Source of the DNA: an uncultured Actinomycetota bacterium
GTDB lineage: Bacteria > Actinomycetota > Actinomycetes > Streptosporangiales > Streptosporangiaceae
Reading direction: 5' to 3'
NCBI GenBank assembly: GCA_963783935.1
Contig: CAWAPP010000007.1
Span: 1,201,823-1,265,822 of the forward strand
DNA: 64,000 nucleotides
Shown: one piece after another, positions 7,966-16,252 of the stretch
Numbering within the stretch: the first letter of the stretch is position 1
How the letters are laid out: every line of letters starts with the position of its first letter
Translations under genes and position numbers: made by a program
The notes under the pieces: model-generated
Database searches by the model: none
What the model was told of the DNA's origin: nothing
Seen by the model: only the letters and a program-made list of their open reading frames with translations

Positions 7966-8917
7966 GTGAGCAAGCCGGGGTGCGGCGCGCTGGACGGCGG
8001 CGCATCGTGCCCCGGCCGCGCCACCGGAAAGGCTTGGTCGTTGGAAAGTGTCGATCCTGATCGCACGATCTTCGCGCTGATCTGTCCCGATGCGCTGGCG
8101 AGGCATCTTGGCCGGGTAATCCTCGCGCGCGTCGGCGAGGCCGGCTTCGCGCCGGTGGCCTGGCGGGTGATCTGGCACCGCCCTGAGGATCTCGACTTCT
8201 TCCATGAGCGCAACATCAGCAGTGCCTGGCAGTCATATTTGTACCGCCTAGTCGACCAGTTGTTCGCCTTCGGCCCGGCGGTGGCCCTCCTGCTGGCCGA
8301 CCAGCGCCCGGGCATGGAAGGTCACAGCCGGCTGCGGCTAGCGAAAGGCCCAAGCGACCCCGCCCGCTCGGGACCGGGAACGATCAGGGGCGACCTCGGC
8401 TCGGTCAACGGCATGCTTTCGCTGCTCCATACCGCCGACTCCGCCGCCGACTCGGCCAGGGAAAGCGCCGTTTTCACTGGCCCGGACGGTTTTACTTCCG
8501 GCGACCAGGACGACCTGCTCAACGTGCTTGAACTGCTCGAGCTTCAGCCGGCCTCGCGAAATCCGCGACTACCCGGACGTGGTAGCCGGCCTGCGAGCCA
8601 AAGCTCTCGCGGCCGCCTGGCCAGACTTGCCAAGACCGGTCCGCAAGACCGCGAGCGAGCTTCTCAGGTCAGGAACGGCGGAACTGGCCGCGCCCGCGAG
8701 CGGCGAGCGGCTCGCCTGCCTGCTTGATCAGGACCATCCGCTCACCGGGATGCTCAGGGCCAGCTTCACCCCGGCGTCCGCCGGACCCGATCCGCAGCGG
8801 GTCGCCGTGACCCTGGCGGGATTCGGCACCGGCATCGACGAGTGGGAGCGCCTGGTGCTCGCCACGTCCCGCCGCTTCTGGCCGCGCCGGGTCATCCCTA
8901 CTAAAGGACCAGCTTGA
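7966..8917 (+). pseudogene. NDK-fold protein with C-terminal extension, paralogue of 16249..17190; apparent +1 frameshift near 8540-8565
   Basis: N-terminal part (ORF 7966..8727) shows an NDK-like pattern (DRTIFALICPDAL.., GTIRGDLGSVNGMLSLLHTADSAADSA with a retained His) and then turns into Arg-rich junk. ORF 8528..8917 in the next frame continues with text alignable to the C-terminal domain of the paralogue (GIDEWERLVLATS vs DWLPLWDRIVTAAH). Joined length ~317 aa versus 313 aa. The true start may be internal (TTG 8041 or GTG 8050). Confidence 0.6.
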
Positions 8918-8954
8918 ATCTGCCAATTTTCCCCAGCAGTCGAGGAGAGCCGCC

Positions 8955-10169
8955 GTGGCGTCAGTATTCTTCCGCACCAAGCTAGGCACCACCGAGGAAC
9001 TCGCGGCCGCACCTGGCCAGCCGCTGACGGACGTGCTCCTTCGCGCGGGCATTCCGGTGAACACGGTCCTGACCTGGCGTAACGGCACCATAGTGGCCGA
9101 GGAAACTACCGTCGTGCAAGCCGGCGACGTGATCGAGGTCCGCCAGGTCAGGCATTACGACCTGGACGTGCTCCGCCGGCCGAGGCGGCAGGTGTACGGC
9201 GTGCCTGACCCCGTATACGCCAAGACGGTGCTCTTCGACACGATGGGCTCGCTTGAGCGCAAGACCGAGCAGCTTGACGCGGCCGGTTTCGTGAAATACG
9301 TCGAGGAGACGTTCGTCCAGAGCGTGCTCTCTCATGACGTCATGCGGGCGGGGGACAAGGTAGTCGTCGGCCTGTCCGGCGGCCGGGACAGCGTCGCGTA
9401 CCTGACTTTGCTCGAGCGCACCAGGGAACGGCTGCCCGACCTCAACATGACGGCCGTCACTATTACGGGGCTGCCCGACTGGGAAGAGCCGGCCACGTTC
9501 GCCGCCGCCAGGGAATCCGGCGAGCGCCTCGGCATCGAGCAGGTGATCGTTACCTCGGCCGACGTCGAGCGGACGTTCAAGCTCAAAGGCCAGTTCGTAG
9601 ACGCCATGAACGAGGTCGTGGCCGGCGAGGGCAATCACCTGACCATGGTGATCGGCCATCAGGTGCTGCGCCGGATGCTCGAAGAGGAAGCCAGATCACG
9701 AGGGGCCGGGGTCGTGGCGTTCGGCTTCAACGCCGATGACCTGGTGGCTTCCATGGTGACGTGGTTCACGAGCGGCTTCCGCATGGGCGGCATCCCGGTG
9801 CGGGAGATCGGGGACCTTCGGTACGTGTTCCCGCTGTACCGGATCACCAAGAAGGAACTGACGCTGTACCTGGAGCTGGTCGCGCCCGAGCTGAACCGGC
9901 AGGGAACACCAGGCCGGTTCACGACCGGGCCCGATGAGCGATCGATGGCTTACGCCCTCACCGATCACCTCTTTGACTTGTGGCCGGGCATCGATTACTA
10001 CTTGTTCGCGGCGTTCGCCAACATGCAGCGTTACATGTTCCCGCTCATCGAGGTGTCCTGCCGGGGCTGCGGCGGTCTTTACCTGCTGCAAGAGGGCATT
10101 CCTAACGCGCCCGATCTGTGTGACGTGTGCGATTTCTTCGCCCGGCGCGAGCTGAGCACTATCAGCTGA
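8955..10169 (+). CDS. PP-loop (N-type) ATP pyrophosphatase, TilS/TtcA/TtuA-like, with N-terminal beta-grasp-like region and C-terminal CxxC..CxxC zinc ribbon
   Basis: SGGxDS PP-loop in VVVGLSGGRDSVAYL. Central GHQ/..NADDL.. block typical of the family. N-terminus resembles ThiS/MoaD (NGTIVAEETTVVQAGDVIEV). C-terminus CRGCGG...CDVCDFF. No Cys in the catalytic core. Confidence 0.85.
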   Translation: MASVFFRTKLGTTEELAAAPGQPLTDVLLRAGIPVNTVLTWRNGTIVAEETTVVQAGDVIEVRQVRHYDLDVLRRPRRQVYGVPDPVYAKTVLFDTMGSLERKTEQLDAAGFVKYVEETFVQSVLSHDVMRAGDKVVVGLSGGRDSVAYLTLLERTRERLPDLNMTAVTITGLPDWEEPATFAAARESGERLGIEQVIVTSADVERTFKLKGQFVDAMNEVVAGEGNHLTMVIGHQVLRRMLEEEARSRGAGVVAFGFNADDLVASMVTWFTSGFRMGGIPVREIGDLRYVFPLYRITKKELTLYLELVAPELNRQGTPGRFTTGPDERSMAYALTDHLFDLWPGIDYYLFAAFANMQRYMFPLIEVSCRGCGGLYLLQEGIPNAPDLCDVCDFFARRELSTIS

Positions 10170-11944
10170 TGCCCTGGTACGAGGACTATTTCACCGCCGA
10201 CTACTGGTCGTACGCGGACGCCGAGTACACGGCGGCGCGGACCCAGGCTGAGGTCGGGTACCTGGCCGAGGTGCTGAGGCAGCATGCGCCAGGTCGCCGG
10301 GTGCTTGACCTTGGCTGCGGCACCGGCAGGCACGCCGTCGGGCTCGCCCGGCTCGGGTTCGAGGTAACCGGTGTCGACGTGTCTGAGTACGCGCTCGGGC
10401 GAGCGCGCCTGGCAGCGGCCGAGGCGGGCGTAACGGTCCGCCTGCACCGGGCCGACGTGCTGGGGAACTGGACCTGCCCGCCTGCCGACGCGGTGGTTTG
10501 CGTGCAGGCCTTCGGCTGGGGGCAGGACGCCGACCAGCTCAGGCTGCTGCGCCGGATCAGGCGGCTGCTGGCCCCCGGCGGTCTGCTCGTGCTCGATCAT
10601 TCCAGCCTTCTCGCCATCACCAGGATGTACTCCGCGCACGCGGAGGCCAGCGTCGGCGCTTCGACGTTCACGTTCAGCCGGACCTTCGATCCGGTCAGCG
10701 GCCGGAGTGGTGGCGAGGTCCTGGTCGAGCGCCCGGACGGCAGCAGCGGCGTGCTGCCTGACAACGTGCGGCTTTACACCCCAGCCGAGATCGCCGGGCT
10801 GCTCGCGCGGGCGGGATTCGAGGTGATCAGGGCCGACGCGGACTTCGGCGCCGGTGAGCCGGTCACGCTGAGCACCAGGTACGTGCAGTTCCTGGCCACC
10901 CCGGCCGCCAGGGTGGAGCCTGCCCTCGCCGGGCATCGAGAGCCGGCCGGACCACGAGAAATCGACTTGCGCTGGGCGCCTGACGAAGCTGAGTTCACCC
11001 GCGCGGAAGTGGCGGCTGCCTGGGCGCGGACGAGCCTCGATCAGGCCAGGCGCTACGACCTGCGTGATCCGTACGGCGGCGGGCGGGCCGCACCGGTTCT
11101 TGGCCGGCACCTGGGCTGGCCGGCTGGCACGGCTCCCAGCCAGGACCGGGTCAGTGCCGGCGCGGGCGTCACTGGACTGCTGCACGGGCTGGCCAGGCTC
11201 GCCGACGGCGGCACCCTGCTGATGACGCCGGACGGGCATCCGCAGCTAGCCGAAGCGGCTTCCGCGGCCGGCGGCCGGGTCGCGGTCGCTGAGCTCGCCG
11301 ACCTGGCTAAGGCCGTCGTCGCTTCCCGGCCAGCGGTTACCGTACTCGACCGGCCAGGACTCACCGGCCCTTGCTGGCCGGCCAGCGGGATCGCCGACCT
11401 GGCGGCCCGCGGCGCCGAGCACGGCGGCGTGCTCGTCGTCGATGAGAGCTACGGCTGCTACCGGCCGGCCGACGACAGCGTGGCTCGGCTCACCGACAGC
11501 GTGGCCGGCCTCGTCGTGCTTCGCGGAGTGTCCAAAGGTTACTGCTGCGGCGGGCTGCGGATCGGGTTCGCTGTCGCCTCGGCGGAGGTCGCGGCCGAGG
11601 TGAGGGCGGTGCTGGCGCCGCTCGCCTTCGGCGCTCTCGCCTTCGACCTAGCCCTCGCGTTGCTTGACCGGCCCGATCCGTTCGGGCCGCTGCGGGCACG
11701 GGTGGCCGAGGTCAAGCCCGTGCTCGAGGCGGCGGTGCGCCGGGCAGGCGTCGAGGTGATCGGGAGCGACGAGCACGTGCCGTGGATCGTGCTGCCCGAC
11801 GACCCGGCGCCGCGGTCGGCGCTCGCCAAGTGGGGGCTCGTCGCGAAGCGCGTTCCGCTCGTCGGTCGGTCTGGCTGCCTGCTCCGGATGTCGGTCCCGT
11901 TGTCGCGAGAACGGGCGGACGCGGTGAGCGCGGCGCTGCGATGA
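10169..11944 (+). CDS. fusion protein: class I SAM-dependent methyltransferase domain + PLP-dependent class I/II aminotransferase-fold domain
   Basis: N-terminal motif I RVLDLGCGTGRHAVGLARLGFEVTGVDVS. C-terminal PLP-lysine block LRGVSKGYCCGGLRIGF, as in the HisC/CobD-like family. ATG at 10169 overlaps the upstream stop (TGATG). Confidence 0.85.
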   Translation: MPWYEDYFTADYWSYADAEYTAARTQAEVGYLAEVLRQHAPGRRVLDLGCGTGRHAVGLARLGFEVTGVDVSEYALGRARLAAAEAGVTVRLHRADVLGNWTCPPADAVVCVQAFGWGQDADQLRLLRRIRRLLAPGGLLVLDHSSLLAITRMYSAHAEASVGASTFTFSRTFDPVSGRSGGEVLVERPDGSSGVLPDNVRLYTPAEIAGLLARAGFEVIRADADFGAGEPVTLSTRYVQFLATPAARVEPALAGHREPAGPREIDLRWAPDEAEFTRAEVAAAWARTSLDQARRYDLRDPYGGGRAAPVLGRHLGWPAGTAPSQDRVSAGAGVTGLLHGLARLADGGTLLMTPDGHPQLAEAASAAGGRVAVAELADLAKAVVASRPAVTVLDRPGLTGPCWPASGIADLAARGAEHGGVLVVDESYGCYRPADDSVARLTDSVAGLVVLRGVSKGYCCGGLRIGFAVASAEVAAEVRAVLAPLAFGALAFDLALALLDRPDPFGPLRARVAEVKPVLEAAVRRAGVEVIGSDEHVPWIVLPDDPAPRSALAKWGLVAKRVPLVGRSGCLLRMSVPLSRERADAVSAALR

Positions 11945-13839
11945 TGCGGCTGGCGGAGGTCGTGGCGGCCGTGCACGACGAATTCGATCTGGGCCTGGCC
12001 CTGGCTGACCTGCGCGCGGTCTGCGAGTACGACCGCTACCAGGCGTCGGCCGGGATTACCGCCGCCGCCGAGTACGTGGCCGAGCGGGCGAGGTGCGCCG
12101 GGCTGGCCGACGTCAAGGTGCTGACGTTCCCGGCCGACGGCGGGCGGCGGTGGTGGACCTATCGCGCGCCGGTGTCCTGGACGCCGCTGCGAGCCAGGCT
12201 CGCGGTCGGCGGCGACGTTCTGGTCAGCTACCCCGAGCAGCCGTACACGCTGGCGGCCTATTCGGCGCCGGTCGGGCCGGGCGGACGGTCGTTGCCGCTG
12301 GTCCGCTGGACCGCCGTGCGACAAGGCGCCGACTCGCGCGGCTCCCTGGTCGTCGCCGACGAACCGGTCGCGCTTGGCTCGGTCGCTCACTCGCTGGCGG
12401 GAGCTGGCGCCGTGGCCGTGGCCGCCGATCCCCTCGGCCGGTCACCACAGCGGGGGGCCGGCCAGGTTGGCCGGATCGAGTTGCCCGCCGGGTGCGGGCT
12501 GGCGGCCTTCAGCGTGACCGCCGGGGTGCTGGCCCGGCTCGCGGCCGAGGCTGACCGGGGTGGCGCGGCTCAGGTTGAGGTCGTGCTCGATGCCAGCGTC
12601 GCGGCGATGCCGGTTGTGACCGGGCGGCTGCGTGGTGACGCCGAAAAGGAAATCCTGCTCAGCGCTCATCTGTGTCATCCAAGACCCAGTGCCAACGACA
12701 ACGCGTCTGGTGTCGCCGCGCTGCTCGGGATCGCACGGGTGCTGGCCAGAGCGCCCGCCGGTCGCGCCCGCCCGGCCATCAGGTTCCTGTGGGGACCGGA
12801 GTTCACCGGCATCGCCGCCTACCTGCATGAGCAGGTCGGCACCGGCAAAGCTTCCGCGCCTTCGTTCGCGATCAATGTGGACATGGCCGGCCAGGATGTG
12901 GCCAGGTGCGGTGGCCCGCTGGTCATCGAGCGCGGGCCCGATGACATCCCCTCGTTCCTGCCCGCCCTCGCCTCCCGCTGTGCCGAACTGCTGCCGCCCG
13001 CCTCCCGCTCCTACAGCGGTGCGGTCGGGTGCGACCCGTGGACCTGGCGCGAGACGCCGTTCGCGGGCGGCGCCGATCACGCCCTGCTGGCCGACTCGCC
13101 GGCCAGGTGCCAGGTCGTCGGGCTCGGCCACTGGCCGGACCGCGCCAATCACAGCTCAGCCGACACCCCGAACCTGGTTGATCCGCAGGAGCTCCGGCGG
13201 ACAGCGACCATCGCTGGTGCGGCAGCGGCCGCGATCAGCGCCAGCGCTGGCGGCAATTTGGCGGATGATCTTGAGGAAGTAACCGTGAGCTGGGCGGCGA
13301 GGCACGTGCTGGCGACGTTGCCCGGCAGCCGGCCTTGGTCAGGTCGAAGACCTCAGCAGCTGCTCGATCCGCACGACGAGGCGGAAGCGGGACGGTGGCT
13401 CAGGCATCGGGCCGCGGTCGCGCTGGGCGCGATCAGGGCGCTGCCGGCCGCCGGGGTCGATGACGCCAGGGTGCGCGCCGCCCAGGCCTGGATCGGGCCA
13501 GTCATCACCGCTACCGCGGAACGGCTGCCGCCTGCGGCCGGGGCTGCTGCCGGCGCCGAGCCGCTGATCAGGTGCTGGGCCGGTCCGGCGAACTTGCGCG
13601 CGCTCGCCGAGGACGCCGCGCCCTTGGACAGGGACTGGCTAAATGAGGCCCTCGCCGTCGACCGGGGCGGCAACTACGCCCGCGCGCTGGCGCTGATGCG
13701 CGGCGTCAATGGCGAGCGCGATCAGGCCGAGGTCGCCTGGTGGGCGGCGCTGAGCAGTGAGCTTGCCATTCCGGTGGCGTTCGCGGAGACGTTCGTTGCC
13801 TTGCTTGTCCGGGCCGGATGGGTGCGAGGAGATCAGTAA
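11941..13839 (+). CDS. M28-like aminopeptidase-fold protein (DUF4910-type) with C-terminal winged-helix-like tail
   Basis: Signature LSAHLCHPRPSANDNASGVAALLGIARVL. Start chosen at ATG 11941 (MMRLAEV..), overlapping the upstream stop as ATGA. The upstream part of listed ORF 11782.. overlaps the previous gene. Confidence 0.8.
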   Translation: MMRLAEVVAAVHDEFDLGLALADLRAVCEYDRYQASAGITAAAEYVAERARCAGLADVKVLTFPADGGRRWWTYRAPVSWTPLRARLAVGGDVLVSYPEQPYTLAAYSAPVGPGGRSLPLVRWTAVRQGADSRGSLVVADEPVALGSVAHSLAGAGAVAVAADPLGRSPQRGAGQVGRIELPAGCGLAAFSVTAGVLARLAAEADRGGAAQVEVVLDASVAAMPVVTGRLRGDAEKEILLSAHLCHPRPSANDNASGVAALLGIARVLARAPAGRARPAIRFLWGPEFTGIAAYLHEQVGTGKASAPSFAINVDMAGQDVARCGGPLVIERGPDDIPSFLPALASRCAELLPPASRSYSGAVGCDPWTWRETPFAGGADHALLADSPARCQVVGLGHWPDRANHSSADTPNLVDPQELRRTATIAGAAAAAISASAGGNLADDLEEVTVSWAARHVLATLPGSRPWSGRRPQQLLDPHDEAEAGRWLRHRAAVALGAIRALPAAGVDDARVRAAQAWIGPVITATAERLPPAAGAAAGAEPLIRCWAGPANLRALAEDAAPLDRDWLNEALAVDRGGNYARALALMRGVNGERDQAEVAWWAALSSELAIPVAFAETFVALLVRAGWVRGDQ

Positions 13840-15104
13840 TGAAGATGATCGTGCTTGCCGATCGCAACCTGCGAGTGCTGTTCGCCGGGCAGACGATGAA
13901 CATGATCGGCAACACCGCCATGACCATTGTTCTTGGCATCTGGGTGAAGGACCTGACCGGATCGAGTGGTGACGCCGGCCTGATCTTCTTGCTCCTGGCG
14001 GCGGCGGCGTTTCTGGCGCCGGTGACCGGCCTCATTGTCGATCGCTTCCCGCGCCGCAGCCTGCTGGTGGTCAACGACTCCATTACTGGCCTGGCCGTCG
14101 GGTTGCTCCTGCTAGTGCACCATAGGGATCAGGTGTGGCTGATCTACGTGGTGGCGGCCGTGTACGGCGTTTCCGGGCTGATCTACCGGTCCGCTCGGGG
14201 CGGGCTGCTGCACTCGATGGTGCCCGACCAGCAGCTTGGTGAGGTCAACGGCCTGTTCAGCAGCCTGTCCCAGGGGATGAGGATCGTCGGGCCGCTCGCC
14301 GGCGCCGGGATCTACGCGGCCTGGGGCGGCGGCGTGGTAGCCGTCGCTGACATGGCTACTTTCGCGGTTTCGATCGCGTCCTACCTGGCTCTTCGTCAGT
14401 TCCGTGACCTGAAGCGAGCCGACCAGGAGCGGCTTGGCCGCACGCCGCGCGAGTTCGCGGCCGAGCTGACGGCCGGGGTGCGGCATTTGTTCGGTAACGA
14501 CGTGATCCGGCGGATGGTCATCGCCAGCACGATCGGCTTCGCCGGGGCCGGCATGATCGACGTGGCCATGTTCTCGCTGGTCGATCAGGGTCTTGGGCGC
14601 CCTACCTCCTGGATCGGGGTGCTGGCGAGCGTTCAGGGCGCTGGCAGCGTGCTGGCGGGCTTTATCGTCGGCCCCTACATGCGCCGCTTCGGTGAGTACA
14701 GCGCGGCCTGCGTGGGGTTTCTGCTGAACGGCGTCGGCCTGGCGGCGGCGAGCACGTCGGTGCTGCCCGGTGCGCTGTGCGGCTCGGCGCTGATCGGGAT
14801 CGGGCTGCCCATGGTCTTGGTCGCCGAGTTGACTGTGCTCCAGCGCCGTACTCCGGCCGACTTGCAGGGGCGGGCGATCGCGGCCTCGGAGGCGATTATC
14901 AATACCCCGTTCTCGATCGCGATCGCGGTCGGCGCGGGTGTGATCGCGACCGTCGGGTTCCGGCCGATCTACATCGGGGTGGCCGCCGGCTTCACCGTCG
15001 TCGGCCTGGCCCTGCTGCCCTACCTGAAGGTCACTAAGCCGGAGGACGCCAAGCCGGCCGACGTAGCGGACGAAGTCGCGGTGGTCGGGCAGGCGCCTGA
15101 ATGA
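13839..15104 (+). CDS. MFS transporter (EntS/efflux-like)
   Basis: About 12 hydrophobic segments. N-terminus MKMIVLADRNLRVLFAGQTMNMIGNTAM is typical of the MFS_3/EntS type. Start overlaps the upstream stop (TAATG at 13837-13841). Confidence 0.85.
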   Translation: MKMIVLADRNLRVLFAGQTMNMIGNTAMTIVLGIWVKDLTGSSGDAGLIFLLLAAAAFLAPVTGLIVDRFPRRSLLVVNDSITGLAVGLLLLVHHRDQVWLIYVVAAVYGVSGLIYRSARGGLLHSMVPDQQLGEVNGLFSSLSQGMRIVGPLAGAGIYAAWGGGVVAVADMATFAVSIASYLALRQFRDLKRADQERLGRTPREFAAELTAGVRHLFGNDVIRRMVIASTIGFAGAGMIDVAMFSLVDQGLGRPTSWIGVLASVQGAGSVLAGFIVGPYMRRFGEYSAACVGFLLNGVGLAAASTSVLPGALCGSALIGIGLPMVLVAELTVLQRRTPADLQGRAIAASEAIINTPFSIAIAVGAGVIATVGFRPIYIGVAAGFTVVGLALLPYLKVTKPEDAKPADVADEVAVVGQAPE

Positions 15105-16252
15105 GAGTGTCGGCTGACGAGTTGCTTGATCAGGTCCGGGGGCCGGTGCTCGGCCTGTGCCGGCGGCATCCTGAGCACAACCTGACCGTGATCGCGCGAG
15201 CGATTACTGACAGCTATCATGGCCTGGGGCCGGTTTGGCTCGGCCCTGCCCGCAGCCTGGTCGTGCTTGCCGTGGACGGGCTCGGGTACGAGGCTGCTGC
15301 TTCGGCGTTTCCCGCGGCCGAGCTCTGGCCGCTGACCAGCGAGTTTCCGACCACGACGGTGGCTTGCCTGATGACGTCGGTGACCGGCGTGCCGGCCGGC
15401 GAACACGGGTTCACCGGCGTCCAGTACCTGCACGCCGACGGGCACCGCGTCGTCAACTGTCACAGCGGCCAGGTCACCGGCTGGTCTGACGCCATTGCCC
15501 GGCCGACGGCCACGCCCGAATTTCCGACCGTGTTCGACCGGCTTGACGCGGTCGGCGTGCGGTCGGTCGCTCTGCCGCGTGAGCTTGCTGGTCTTCATGG
15601 AGATGTCACGAACCGGATGCTGCACGGCGCGCGGCTCAGCCCGGACGCGGCGGCCGTCCGGTCCGCTGCCCCCGCTGACCCGGTCGGTCTGGTGGAGGCC
15701 TTCGCCGGCGGGCTCGTGATCGAACCGGGCACGCTGACCTGGGCCTACCTTGATTTCGACAGCTACCTGCATCGGCACGGCTTCGATCACCGCATCCACG
15801 TAGCGGCTCGGGCTCTTGGCGACCTTGCTCAGCGGCTGCGTGATAGTGGCGTCTCGGTGCTGATCTTCAGCGATCACGGCCTGACCGCCAGTGCGCCCGC
15901 TCCTGGCACCTTGGAGACGTGGGATGCGGTTGCCGTTGAGCGCTGGTGCCGGCTGCCTCCTGGCGGGGCTGGGCGGGTCAGGTGGCTGTATCCGCATCCG
16001 GGTCTGGCCGGGGAGCTCGCCGATCGGCTAGCCGGGCAGCTCGGCGACGCCTTCGTGACTTCGCCTGACGAACTCGCCGACCTTGGCCTGGTCGCGGCCG
16101 GATCCGTCGGGCAGCGCCGGCTCGGCGAGGTCGTGCTCGTGGCCACCGGACCTGATTTCCCTGTGCCCGATCCTGGTACTTCCTACGAGCACGGCTCCAT
16201 GACCGCGGCTGAGGTGCTGGTGGCAATGGCGATCTGGTCGGCGGGGCCGTGA
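15101..16252 (+). CDS. alkaline-phosphatase superfamily protein (type I phosphodiesterase / nucleotide pyrophosphatase-like)
   Basis: LAVDGLGYEA .. SEFPTTTVACLMTSVTGVPAGEHG matches the metal-site/nucleophile Thr region of the family. ATGA overlap with the MFS stop. Confidence 0.75.
   Translation: MRVSADELLDQVRGPVLGLCRRHPEHNLTVIARAITDSYHGLGPVWLGPARSLVVLAVDGLGYEAAASAFPAAELWPLTSEFPTTTVACLMTSVTGVPAGEHGFTGVQYLHADGHRVVNCHSGQVTGWSDAIARPTATPEFPTVFDRLDAVGVRSVALPRELAGLHGDVTNRMLHGARLSPDAAAVRSAAPADPVGLVEAFAGGLVIEPGTLTWAYLDFDSYLHRHGFDHRIHVAARALGDLAQRLRDSGVSVLIFSDHGLTASAPAPGTLETWDAVAVERWCRLPPGGAGRVRWLYPHPGLAGELADRLAGQLGDAFVTSPDELADLGLVAAGSVGQRRLGEVVLVATGPDFPVPDPGTSYEHGSMTAAEVLVAMAIWSAGP

Noticed and set aside
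8528-8917. ORF 8528..8917 as an independent 129-aa gene
   Set aside because: It would overlap ORF 7966..8727 by 200 nt. Its text aligns with the C-terminal domain of the intact paralogue 16249..17190, so it is better explained as the displaced 3' part of one frameshifted gene.
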